A stretch of 60,601 nucleotides of DNA, filler included, from Ionaspis alba (taxonomy: Eukaryota): assembly GCA_964255285.1 (NCBI GenBank). It is 4 parts of 4 records of this genome, joined end to end, with 100 filler letters (N's around TTAATTAATTAA, not from the genome) between each part and the next. Parts side by side here need not be neighbours in the genome. Positions count along the whole stretch, not along the records: positions 45,664 to 60,601 come from CAXUUL010000392.1; 3 more parts are not named here. One strand, given 5' to 3'. Within the stretch, counting starts at the first letter, position 1; each line of letters opens with the position of its first letter. The translations under genes and the position numbers were made by a program. Below are positions 49,496-60,601 of the stretch, one piece after another. The notes under the pieces are model-generated. The model was given only the letters and a program-made list of their open reading frames with translations, was not told the origin of the DNA and did not search any database.

Positions 49496-51213
49496 TCAAG
49501 AGCTAGCTATCATGAGATCGTGATCAGACATCAGAAACTCCTCCCTCATATCTTCCATAATAGACAAAACCTTAGTCCGATTGCTCTTAGCCAGCTTGGA
49601 GAGCTCTTCACCTTGTCCATGCACCTTGAGTAAGACAGCCTCCTTTACGCTCGCCTCCAGAGCTTCATCGATTGACTGCTCCGCTTCGGCTGCCCTTCTT
49701 GCCCCGTTATAGTAAGTTTCCGCATTCTTCAGCAGCATCGCCGCGTTCTTGCGAGCAAGCTGGTAGGCCGTAGGCTCTTCTCCGAGGCGATGCCTCAACA
49801 GCTCGCAGTCTCCTCGGCGGAGATGTATCTTTGGTAAGTTCTGCGCATCCGGCAGCTTAGTGGCCGCCGTCAGATCGTTTATTGCCTTCGTGAGACGCTT
49901 CCACCTGATGTCATTGAGCTGTGCTAAGTCAGTAGCTGCGAGACCATTGACGTTGAAAGCAGTATAAATGCTAGTATTGAAAGATATGAGAGCATCTGCC
50001 CTATCGCATAGGCCTTGGGGCGACTTCGAGAAGTCCAGATCATTGTTGAATGCAGCATCCAGCTCTCGTTGGTAGGTGGGTAAATCTATACGGCCTGCGC
50101 GGAAGGACGCATCAGTGTAGGCAGAGATGAAGTTTGCTCGTGCCATAGTGACCTCGAAACCTTTCTCGCTGCCAACCATAAGGTCGGCAGCCTTTTTCAG
50201 AATTTCGTTCGAGTATTCCTCAATCCACGCGAGTCCATTGGGATCCTCGGTGACCAAAAGACTGCAAAGGCTCGTCATTGTCTCGATCTGAGCAATCGTA
50301 GTATCCAGTAATGTACTTTTGGTGGTAGGCCTGATAATCGAAGCCCATTGTTCGTCTTCAGAGGCTCTTGATGCGGGGCTGTCGGTTCTTGAAAGCTCAT
50401 CTTGAGCTTGTGCAATATTCGAGGCTGAGATGTCTGCTTCCTGTTCTTGTTCTTGCGTTTGGGAGTACTGGAACTCTTGGACACTGAGGCATCTTTGGAA
50501 GAGCTCAAGGGCCTCTTGAAAAGCTTTGAGCGCTTCCGCTTTGTTTACCCTTAACGAAGCGCTACCCTCGCTTAGGACTTCTCCCAAGCTGGTAAGAACT
50601 TGTGCGCAATTGCTGATGATAATCAATAACATAAAGGTGACACGACTTGAGGAGATGCTGCATACAAGAAGGTGTCTGCATCGTCTTGTTTCAAAGTCAA
50701 ACCACGACGGTGTGAGTCCAATGACAGTTGCAGGAGCTCAAGTAGGGATGAAGGGAGATGTGGGAGTAGTCTTGGCTGCTGCGAGAGATCATATTGCAAT
50801 CGTGCCCTGGGACTTGTTAGCTGCATGAGAGACTCGTGTCAAGCACGCGAGCTCACTTGTTATAGACTAGATCAAATGACTGGGGAAATCGCTGCAACCC
50901 TCCATCATAGGTCTCTATGGCTCGCAGGAAGAAACGTGTTGACTTCGCCGCATCTCCAGCTCGCCATTTCTCTCCTGCTTCCTCCAACTCCACGCCAACT
51001 ATGCAGCCAAAAGGACCCTGTTAGTATAGCAGCGGGCACTTAAAAATGGTTGTCACATACCGGCTAGGAAGTCGTCTGCCGTCTCGGGGCCCTAGTGGCT
51101 GATTTAATCAATGCAGGTGGGATTGGAATGTTACAGAACAGCCAAAGCCCTACCTTTGAAGCTTGCTTTCCTCTCTGCTTGCCGATCTTTAGTAATTGCT
51201 TCTGCTTTGGCAT
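49496..51213 (-). CDS. Conserved TPR-like protein (UPF0656 type); about 5 exons
   Basis: Spliced MPKQKQLLK.. / APETADDFLA / GVELEEAGEKWRAGDAAKSTRFF.RA..Y / RARLQY / NCAQVLTSLGE; later IHLRRGDCELLR, LLKNAETYY. Confidence 0.8.
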
Positions 51214-52399
51214 TTTGTTTTGACGGGTTGCACCATATCAAGCAATTATTGGCTTGCGGGGATTAACGAGAAGAGACGGTTTTGGCATTCAATCAACCGT
51301 CCCGCAATAAAGTAAGATTAACAAACAACTCTGTTGCCTCAATGTAGGCTCCTCGATATACCAGAATGACGACTGGCCTCTCGAGATATCATCCGAACTT
51401 TGACAACAAGTATCAATGGTGTGACAGATACAGGGGCAGCAAATGGAATTCTTGGCTGCGGCATATACCATCTCAACAAGAAGCGCTCGACTCGGATTAC
51501 GAATGCATAATGTACTCCACCCCCTTGAACCTGAGAGCGAATAATGCCGAATATCAAACCGACTTCTAGACTCCGTCGGGCGCCGAATGGTGGACCAAAG
51601 CAACGCCGGTGGTGTGTGGATAGGTCAACAGAGGCGAGACATCGGCGAGAGGCACAGCAGCTCCTTGCCCGGTAAGCGGGCCCGTGTCGGCCCTAGACCT
51701 CGTGGACAACAGGCATTTCACACGTGGAGTATAGGTGGCACATTCGTGATTGGTGGTCGCTAGGTCTGTTAGAGCGCAGCTGCAACCACCCGAAAGGCAG
51801 GAGACTGGTGAAGCCTGTTCCCACGAGTCCGAGATTCTATCTGTTAAGATGCGGCCAAGTTCCTGCTCGTGCACGACTCCTTAATCATCACAATCTCACC
51901 TTCGGACACCGCATATCGGGCTTCGATTCTCTCTCTATACATAATTCATTCTTCAACAGGTCTACGGAGGTATAAAGACAGTTTCTTTTCTACACGCTCC
52001 TGACCGGTGCCAAGCTGCGAGACCATTCGCGAGGCTGGCTGCGGCTGTCATTGCTGCGACCGAGGAACTCAGCCGGAAAGCCCCGCCTTCCACGGGTCAA
52101 CTCTTCAGACTCTGCAATCCTCTGAGCAGTCGCTATCTCTGCGATAATTGGTAATGCGTTATCGACTATACTTCTGCCGCATCAATTGTATGGCCGAATA
52201 CATCATATGAGCATCGTCACCATTCTGACGTCAGGAACAGCTTGCCAGAACTAAAGGCCACTCATCTCTTGACCTTGGAAGCCTCCAATCTTAGTGAGAC
52301 GCTGGTCGCGCAGATCACCACGAACCAACTCAACAACGTTTACCAAAGGGGCCTTATTTTTACTATCCAAATTCTACGTCTCTCTACTCTCTCGCAACC

Positions 52400-52942
52400 A
52401 TGGTGCGTTCAATAGAATCATCAAGACCGATCATGGCTCCTAGTGTAAGTCGAATCCTTCCAATTCATGCGCGCGACTTGCAGGCTGTTCACTTCTTGCA
52501 ACATGTTTATCGTCAACGTCCTGCGTCGATTGATGACATCTCTTCGTTGCGTCGCATCCAGATTCATCTGCTGACGTTTCTGCGTTGATAGCTCACATCA
52601 CATCGTGCTTCGAAACGCTTCTCGAGCTATAGTGGCGTACCATCGGAGGCAGCCTCAGAGAACACAACTACCACTTCATCAACCAGCGGTGATCCTCGCC
52701 TACAAGATATCAAAGAGTGGACCATGGGTCTCGAACGTCTCAACAACAAACGGCTACAACAGCAGAGATATCAACCATCACGGGAAAAGACGGACAATTT
52801 GAGCAAGCTGGCTCTGGGTGCGAAGGTAGAAAGAGCGCTGGGTAGAAGGATGACAGGTCAGGATGCAATCTTGCGACCAAAAGTCGTGAGCGAGAAGCAG
52901 CCAATAGAGAGACCTGTCGTTGCCTCGAGAATGACAAGCTGA
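52400..52942 (+). CDS. Small conserved hypothetical protein (about 131 aa); intron 52445-52591
   Basis: A phase-0 GTAAGT...GCTGAC...TAG intron joins MVRSIESSRPIMAPS to a Ser/Thr-rich stretch and L..QRY.PS.EK.DNLSKLALGAKVERALGRRMTGQDA. Confidence 0.7.
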
Positions 52943-53971
52943 GGATAGGGTGATCGGTTGTTTTCCCTGCATTCATTAATATTGGAACCATATTGTCTAA
53001 GAGCTCGACTTAGTGTTCGAGCAGTGTTATGGTATTGGAAAGGTCGTTCGGGCATGGGTCATGTTGCATTTTTACGTCCGAGTACACGAGCAATACCCTT
53101 TCTTGGTCTCATATCGTGTACGGGTCGTTCTGCTAGCTTTATTCGGAGGCTAGAAACGTCTCTTAAGATTAGTTCTACCACATTCGGCGAGAGCTTATGA
53201 TCGAATTTCATGCTGGTTCTTGTGTAACTTGTGCTCGGCACGAGGTGTCGTATGGGCCCAAGTTCTTGTCTATCGGGGGCCTCGAGGTCTGACAATCTAC
53301 CTCCTGTGACTCCTAGCTCGCAATGCTCTAGCCCGATAGTGCAGGGCCAAGAGCAATGATGCCACGAGGTTTGCAAGCAGTAATTTCCGTATCAAATAAC
53401 GATTGAGCAGTAGTGGTATTACGAACGAATCTTTCCCTTTCGGAGTGCATTCTAGCGTTGACAGACGTCGATCTGTTTACGTCCTGAAAAGAGAGCAAAG
53501 CCGCCTCCAAAGGGAGAAAGGGAGGGAGCAGGGTGATAGCAGGTGGGAGCCCGCTTGTACGTTGTTATCCATAGCCTTTCCAACGACGTCAGCCAAAAAA
53601 GTGACTACATAAAATGGGACATTTTGTCCATGAACTTACCCGAGGAAAGGGAAAATCCAGTGAGCTTAACGTTTACAATCTCTTCTTAAAGGATGACCTT
53701 CTAGAGTTGAAGATGAGGTCCTTCGACGCAGGGAATCGTCATGTATGGAGGGTCTCGCAAATGGGATCTTTCTCAACCACTGCCACCCAACGACCCTGAG
53801 TGAACCGGTGCTCGCACTCAAGCTCAGGCCGACAGCACCCCCACGGAGCCCGACATGCCGATGTGGACGCTGAGATGAAAGGCAGTATATAGTTGAGCAA
53901 TCGCCATCAACAAACATATCATCACCATCGAAAAGCTTCTGAAAATCGACGTTCGCCATAAAATCCTTCAA

Positions 53972-54676
53972 ATGTCTTCCTCGCACGATCTCAGAATCGA
54001 CGTCCTCGCAAATGGCAAGCCAGCAGCAGAAGCGGACATCGACCAGTGGGAGCTCAAGGCCGCCCGTCGAGCCTTACTCAACCTGAAGACGCTCCTTTAC
54101 CAGCAGCCAATGCTTGATCTTATCATGCCTCAAATCGAGGCTTCAGACAAGTACTACAAGGACATTATCGCGAGGTCGAAAGGAAAATTTCGAGAATGCC
54201 GGACCGACCTCAAGGTGACGGGCCTTTCTGTCACCCAACTCATGCAAGCGAGGAAAAACTGGATGCAGACGGATAGAAGAGAAATGGCTCTACAGAGACT
54301 CCTTCGAGCCCATCCAGAACACTACATGATCCCACCTTACGAAGAAGGCATCGTCGAGGTCATTGGCGAGCACATGGCGCGGCTGCGTATCGTTGTGACT
54401 GACAAGGTACCGTCCTGGGTGCTAGAGTACGGCGATCCGGCTTATCCCTTCAAAAAGCCTACAGTGGGAGAGCTTGATGATGGAACTGTTCTTTTCTATA
54501 TTTTGCATGAGTTCCGAGACACTGAAAAGGGTTGTGATTTGATTCTGCGGTTGCTGTTTCCAGAGGCAGCACCGCAGGTATTCTTCGATGAGCATGCAGA
54601 GCATCTGGCAGTCGAGTTCAGGAGTGGTTTGAGAGCTGTATTAAAGGAGCAGCAGGACCGCGCCGTACCATCTTGA
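53972..54676 (+). CDS. Intronless hypothetical protein, 234 aa; possible remote PhlG/phloretin-hydrolase-like metalloenzyme
   Basis: Clean ORF in a strong CAAATG context, TATA-like TATATA near 53886; motifs HPEHY, IVEVIG, ILHEFRDTEKG, HLAVEF. The gene is well supported; the function is inferred. Confidence 0.8.
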   Translation: MSSSHDLRIDVLANGKPAAEADIDQWELKAARRALLNLKTLLYQQPMLDLIMPQIEASDKYYKDIIARSKGKFRECRTDLKVTGLSVTQLMQARKNWMQTDRREMALQRLLRAHPEHYMIPPYEEGIVEVIGEHMARLRIVVTDKVPSWVLEYGDPAYPFKKPTVGELDDGTVLFYILHEFRDTEKGCDLILRLLFPEAAPQVFFDEHAEHLAVEFRSGLRAVLKEQQDRAVPS

Positions 54677-55700
54677 AGCTCAACCCAACCTAGCAGCGTT
54701 GGTACATACAAGCAGAGCAGATCACACGGCTAAGGAAGGGGAGAGCTGAGAACCAGAAGCTGATCGCTAGAGGGAAGGGAAAGCAAAGACAAGGTGTCAG
54801 AACCGGCTACTCTTCATAATGAGCACACAATGTCGGTTCATATCATCAAAAGTTACTGGGAAATATCAGCAGAACAGAAAAGAGCAGCTAATCACTATTA
54901 GAGCTGAGGAGAACATGCAGACATACAGGAAAATCAGAACAAGAGCAGGAGGGAATAAAGAGATAGCAAATTTATACACAGTCAATCGCCAGGCGCAACG
55001 CAGTATTATGTTAGTCAGCTCAGCATCATGGGCAACCCCAAGTTTGGGGAATCTATATGCACATCTATATGTACACATTTTTACTTCTATATTCCGTAAA
55101 CCATAGAGAGCAAGTCCACAGGATTATGTCACTGAGATCGTTTGTTGCGTAGAGAGTTGCCAAGCCCTCGTCGGATTCTGGATCAGAGCGAATGATCGAA
55201 TTTGATCTGCCGGACGGAATCCTCATTTTTTTATTTCTAAACTGCACCTCGCAACCACCGGCATATCAGAAGCTTTCATCACTGCCTTCTACAATCACCT
55301 AATCTTCTCAAACACGGTCACTGGAAGCATCAGTAACATCTTGCTTTATAATTGACCTAATCTCCACTTCACACCCAAGACTAATTCTTCTTCTCCCCGC
55401 ACGCCCATCACACCACGCCAATCCACTTCGCCTCCCCACAGCAAAATCCATCTACAAAAGCGTTCTCTATTTGGCGTTGTATTTATCTGGAACATTCTTC
55501 TCGTACACCGTCTTTGAAACTTGTAAATGCCTTCTACAGCTTCATCCACTTGTTCTACCTATTCTGACTGATGCACAATCTCAGGCCTCACCGAGCCGCG
55601 ATATACATAGTCGCACGACCCCTCCGTCTCGATATTTCACCATCATACACATCTACAGAAACTTGAAGGGGAGGAATATAAACACATCTGCACTTCGAAC

Positions 55701-57563
55701 ATGGCGAACGAGTCCACTTCTGTTTCCACAAATGGGAACTTTGCTTCTCAGCAGTCCTATGGTACTGCTGAACATCTACTACCCGTGCACGCGTCCAACA
55801 ACGCTGCCGCTACCATGAACGGATCTATGAGTGCCCAAACGACGGCGACGGGAGGAACTACCATCTCATCTTCCGCAGGCGACAGCAATCCGAGCGTTTC
55901 GAAAGACGAAGTTGGGTGGTACTTCGTCGAGCAATACTATACAACTTTGAGCAGAAACCCAGAAAAGCTTCATGTGAGTTTCCGCTTTCCGCAGATCACA
56001 AGAGCTCCCCACTAATGGCGATTGAAGCTCTTCTACTCAAAGCGGTCACAGTTCGTCTCTGGTGTGGAGGCTGAGAAAGTCTCGGTGTCTGTTGGTCAAC
56101 GCGTAAGTAGTAAATGCATCCAATGCATGAGCTGTAAAGGCTGATACTGTGATGTAGGCGATCAACGAACGCATCAAGGAACTGGACATCCAAGACTGCA
56201 AAGTCCGTGTCACCAACGTTGACTCACAGGAATCATTCAAGAACATTGTGGTTCAGGTCATTGGGGAGATGTCAAACAAGGCAGCCCCACACCGAAAGTT
56301 TGCTCAGACTTTTGTGCTAGCGGAGCAGCCCAACGGCTACTTTGTCCTTAACGATATCTTCCGCTACATCAGTGAGGAAGAGGAGGACGAGGTGGACACG
56401 AGCATTGCACCCGAACCAGAGATTCCCGACGTTGTGGCACCCGAGGAAGAACCAAAGACACTCACCAGCTCTGACGATCCAGTCGCTCAAAACGAACATG
56501 CCGAACTTGTTGATAAGAAACTCGAGGAGAAGGTTGTCCAGGCTCCGGCTGAAACCACCACAGTGGAGGACGACACTACGAACGAGCAGTCTATGCCAGA
56601 CGTAGAGGCAGAGGAAGATGCTACAAATCCAATAGCGGCTGCTAGCTCTGATAACGAAGACAAGATTGATGCTGCAGATGAGGAGGAATCAGCCGCACCT
56701 GTCGCCGAGCAGGATATTCCGGCAGAGAAACCAAAAGATCCCGACCCAACCCCCGTTGCTTCACCCCCAAAGCCGGCGAAAGCAATTCCTGTCCAGGACA
56801 CTTCCGTGCCAGCTGCGCCGCCTAAGCCAGCTGCACCCAAGACTTGGGCCAATCTCGTTGCTGCTAATCGCGTAGCTTCTCCAGCCGTTCCAAATGCTAC
56901 ATCTTCTACTTCACCTTCTGCACAACCCAAAGCTGCACCACCACCAGCTATACCAGTACCTGCTGCCAGCGCTCCTGCCAACGAAGACTCGTCTGCCCAA
57001 CCACAACAGAGCCCCGGTGCAGGGTGGCAGACAGCTGGTCATGATAGTGGAAAGAGACAGGCTCGTCAGCAATCAGTATCCGCTCCTAGCGACAAGAGCA
57101 CAGTTCTTGGATACGTGAAGAATGTGACGGACAAAGTCGACGCATCACTGCTGAAAGCCATGCTCAGCGAATACGGCAAACTCGAATACTTCGACGTCAG
57201 TCGACCAAAGGTGTGTTCAACTAATTCCGTCCCCAGCATCGCGTATACTGACTTATCTGGTAGAATTGTGCATTCGTTGAGTTTGCAGACTCCGCTGGAT
57301 ACAACGCCGCAGTTGCCGCCAACCCACACTCGATTGGAGGCGAGCAGATCTATGTCGAAGAACGCCGCCCACGGCCAACCGCTTATGGTGGAGGCTTCGG
57401 CGGCAGAGGCGGAATGCGTGGTGGCCGCGGAGGACCCGAAGGCCGTCCTTCGAACCAAGGACGGGGTGGCTTCCAGAAGGACGGTGGTCGTGGAGGCTTC
57501 ATTCCTCGCGGTCGAGGAGGGAGCTTGACGCCAAGGGGTCGAGGCATGCCACAAGCTGCTTAG
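55701..57563 (+). CDS. NXT3: NTF2-RRM-RGG protein, G3BP/Nxt3/Bre5 family; 3 introns
   Basis: EVGWYFVEQYYTTLSRNPEKLH/LFY, VQVIGEMSN, KFAQTFVLAEQPNGYFVLNDIFRY, PKTWANL, RRM NCAFVEF, RGG tail. Confidence 0.93.
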
Positions 57564-58704
57564 GCCCTCTACACTCAAGATCTTGAGCCCTCCTATGGGT
57601 CCGATCTCCGTTGAGCGATATGGCTAGAACTTGGGCACCAACGAACTACTCGACTCACCAAGAAGCCGAGCACTCCCAGTTTTGCGGCGAGCTGAATTAT
57701 TTATTCTTGTGATCACTGAATTTGCTTTGCGAATGTCTTCTACCTCACAAAAGTCTATACCATCTCGGCAATGTTTGAGATTCGTCGCCTCGGCTCCGTT
57801 CGTCTGTTCAGCATAGCAACCGCGTTGCTTAGTTCCTGGGATATAGTTGTTTACGATCTTGCATCAGCTTGCTTTATCTAACGATTCTCCTTCTTCTCCT
57901 TCGTCTCGTTGGCGATATTGGCTAGATCAAGAGCGGCATCGAAGTTGGGTTGGTCTTCAAAAATGTGACAAAATTGAGGTGGAAACTGGCTCAGGAGAAA
58001 TGCTGCGTTCAAGAGAAATTGCGGGCGAAGTCGGAAACAAAAGCAGTACATTACAACATGGGATCTGTTTTCATTGGAGGATGGCAGGTCTTGGTGGTTC
58101 CTTGCTGCTGCGTCTATCTTACTTCTTGTGACACTATACCTCATGTATAAGATACAATATTTAATGGTTGCGTCGACCTAGAGTTAGCTTTACCTTCTTC
58201 CCAAATTGCATCTATTTCTTGCAAGCTATATCTATAGGTTCTCCCGCATAAAATTCAGTACTTGCTGCGATGAAATCACAATCGCCGTCATTGACAAATT
58301 TGAAAGTCCTGGTTGTTTGATACGTCGGCTGTCCCTGAGATACTGCTGACGAATCATGTCGTCGTTCTGCAGCCAAGGCACCTGCATGTGGTCTGTATCT
58401 AACACGAGGCATACGCACTGTGTCACACAACAATAGATTGATATCATCACACGCTCAGTTCATATATCTAGATATTTACTCCAGATGTAATGTAAGAGGA
58501 ATTAGAGGGTTTCTGTATTTATTGACACCTCAGCTTGTGGCACCCCAAAGCCCCTCCACTCGGAAGCCGCGGTACGCGGGGCATTCCGATTCAGGCAACA
58601 CCGACTTACACGATCGAGGAACCGTCGTCGTCGACAACAGCCTTCCCGACCTTCATTTACCAATCCGCCGCCGCGTCGCCTTGATAGACTGCTCGATATC
58701 GATC

Positions 58705-60601
58705 ATGCGCCCCTCGATGGGCGGAAATGCCCTTCCAATCGAGTCCTCCAAGCAAGGCGGCTTTGACGACGCAGATGTCACTACTCCCATGCCACCCCCT
58801 GGCAATAATGTGCCTACGACCTTTTTCATGGCGTCCGAGAGTATGCTCGAGAAGTCAGAGAGCTCTGCAAACACTCCAGGTAGTGACAGTAACTTTGGCA
58901 TTCGAAGTTTGGAAGAGACAGCCGAAGAGGACGCAGGAAACGAAGGCGATGGACTCGAGAATGACCAAGATAAGCAGAACGCTCGACGAAGGTCTACAAT
59001 CAAGGCACGACTCTATGGTCTTCGAGACCGATCTTCGGATAGCTTAGGGCACGCTTCTGTGACTAGCAAGCCGAATTCCTCTCCGCCACGTCCTCGTCAA
59101 AATCGACAAGCTCCTGATAGTCCTTCTCAGCCACTAACACCTATATCCTACACGTCTCCCGTACCTGGGTCGTCTTTACCAAGCAGTCCCAAGTCTACAT
59201 CTACCCGCTCTCTTCGTCAATCTGACGAGGACTCTCTCAATGACAACGGGAGTCAGGCTGTTGTTTCTAGTGGTGACGAAGAAGTGGAACCGCCACCCTC
59301 TCCTCAACCTGGGTCCGTGCAGTTGATCATGCCGAGCATCATGATGCCGAGTCGAAGGCCATTTACCGAGCGGGGCAAAGAACTGGGACGATTGAAAGTG
59401 CTGCTTGCTGGAGCAACAGGTATACAGCATGTCCACTTATCATGTACTTATACTTACCGTACAAACAGGTACCGGCAAAACATCCCTCATTCGGTCGATC
59501 GTGCAGACCTGCGAAGATATAGTTCATGTTGACCCTCTTTCTTCCCACCCACCGTCTCTCCAAAACTCATCTTCTCGCAAAGGAAAGGAGAAATCAGATA
59601 GCGTGTATCTTAATCCTACAAAAAGCATCACGGAAGTCTACGCAAGCACAAAAGCATATCCTTCATGGTGGTCCGAACTCGAAGACAGTAAGGTCCTACG
59701 GAGGAGGAAGAGCGCGGGAGATACAGTGTTGGAAAGGAATCTCTGTTTTGTTGATACCCCTGGCCATAGCCATGGCACCTCTGCGGCCGAGGGCATGGAG
59801 CTCATTTTTCAATACATTGAGAGCCATATCGCGAAGTCGACTTCAACGACCAGCATGAATGATGGAGATTTACTCAATATGCTTGGTGGCAACGGCGGTA
59901 CGCAGGTGGATCTTGTTCTCTATTTGATTGGAAAAGGTAAACATGCCTCTCATAATCGACTTTCGAGCATTTACTGACAGCTTATGAGAAGATCTCAAGC
60001 CCCTCAGGACTGGTTTCTTGGAGCGACTATCACTCATGACAAATGTCATCCCACTGCTCGCGAAATCAGACACTCTATCCGAAGAAGAGGCCCAAGACTA
60101 TCAGAAATCCCTTTCCGATCAGCTTGAAGCTGCAGGCATCAGACCAATCGTCCTCGGCCAAGGACCATCCATCTACACCGTTTGCTCCTCTCCCTCCAAT
60201 GACATGGAGAACATGGACGCCAGCCTTCTCATGTCTTCTGACTACATTCAACCCCTTACGCCCTCGAATCTTCATCTTCTTGTCGGCCATATCTTCAACA
60301 AAGACAATATTTCCATGCTTCGCCACTCCGCTGCCAAGAAAATAATCCAATGGCGGCGAACTCCTCGCGCTCTCAACATCTTCCCCCCACCCAGAACATC
60401 CTTCCCTCCTCAATTCATGCGCTCCAACACCTCACCTCTTGGACTTTCAACTACATCCTCCCTTTCGTCGACGTCTACCTCCTTAGCCATGATCTCATAC
60501 CCGGACAGTCCCTCATATTCCCAAGCGAGAATAGCAGACCATGCCCAGCGCGAGGAACGCCTTGCACAGATCCATCTGGCCAATTGGGCTGCTAATCTAC
60601 A
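58705..60601 (+). CDS. Conserved fungal protein with a septin-like P-loop domain; 3' partial
   Basis: QLIMPSI.MPSRRPFT..G; LKVLLAGATG/TGKTSL (P-loop split by an intron); ERNLCFVDTPG; VDLVLYLI; TNVIPLLAKSD. Confidence 0.8.

Noticed and set aside
52445..52591. C/D snoRNA in the 147-nt intron (TGATGA...CTGA)
   Set aside because: The boxes are only about 40 nt apart and the CTGA is the branch point.
54866..55078. Hydrophobic 70-aa minus-strand ORF as a small membrane protein
   Set aside because: Hydrophobicity follows from the T/C-rich strand; no family motif or splice support.
1..60601. TGA-CTA readthrough to cryptic peroxisomal isoforms; transposons; CRISPR; telomeric arrays
   Set aside because: None of the stop codons I checked has the TGA CTA context, and I saw no transposase or RT motifs, spaced repeat array or tandem TTAGGG.

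Overview
Eukaryotic, intron-containing DNA from a filamentous ascomycete (Pezizomycotina; short GT-AG introns with CTRAY branch points). It is not one locus. Three identical 100-nt spacers (44 N + TTAATTAATTAA + 44 N) join four segments of about 15.1 kb (>=15135, 15120, 15108, >=14938 nt), which look like size-sorted scaffolds, so neighbourhood across a spacer means nothing. Six more 100-N gaps lie inside segments; two are false gaps with a 55-nt overlap. I find one intron-containing tRNA-Thr(UGU) and about 26 protein genes, mostly housekeeping (DHA1 MFS transporter, sHSP, LSM7, TMEM14, Spd1-like RNR inhibitor, KRE2/MNT1, MRPS12, PYP1-like HAD phosphatase, DLD1, SHE9, class I GATase, ASA1, SAP30, MDJ1, BRO1, LOS1, NXT3/BRE5, three zinc-finger regulators). 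The ORF track misses or fragments several, notably SAP30 and TMEM14. Best leads: (i) an intronless 234-aa gene with a His/Glu pattern like PhlG/phloretin C-C hydrolases, possibly acquired horizontally; (ii) a stand-alone HeLo-like + ubiquitin-like gene, a candidate cell-death or immune effector; (iii) a Zn2Cys6 factor with a long AUG-free in-frame 5' extension; (iv) an orphan Cys-rich 89-aa protein. I see no transposon, CRISPR array, rRNA or secondary-metabolite cluster, and no multi-gene novel system that the sequence alone supports. All family calls come from motif recognition, not database searches.
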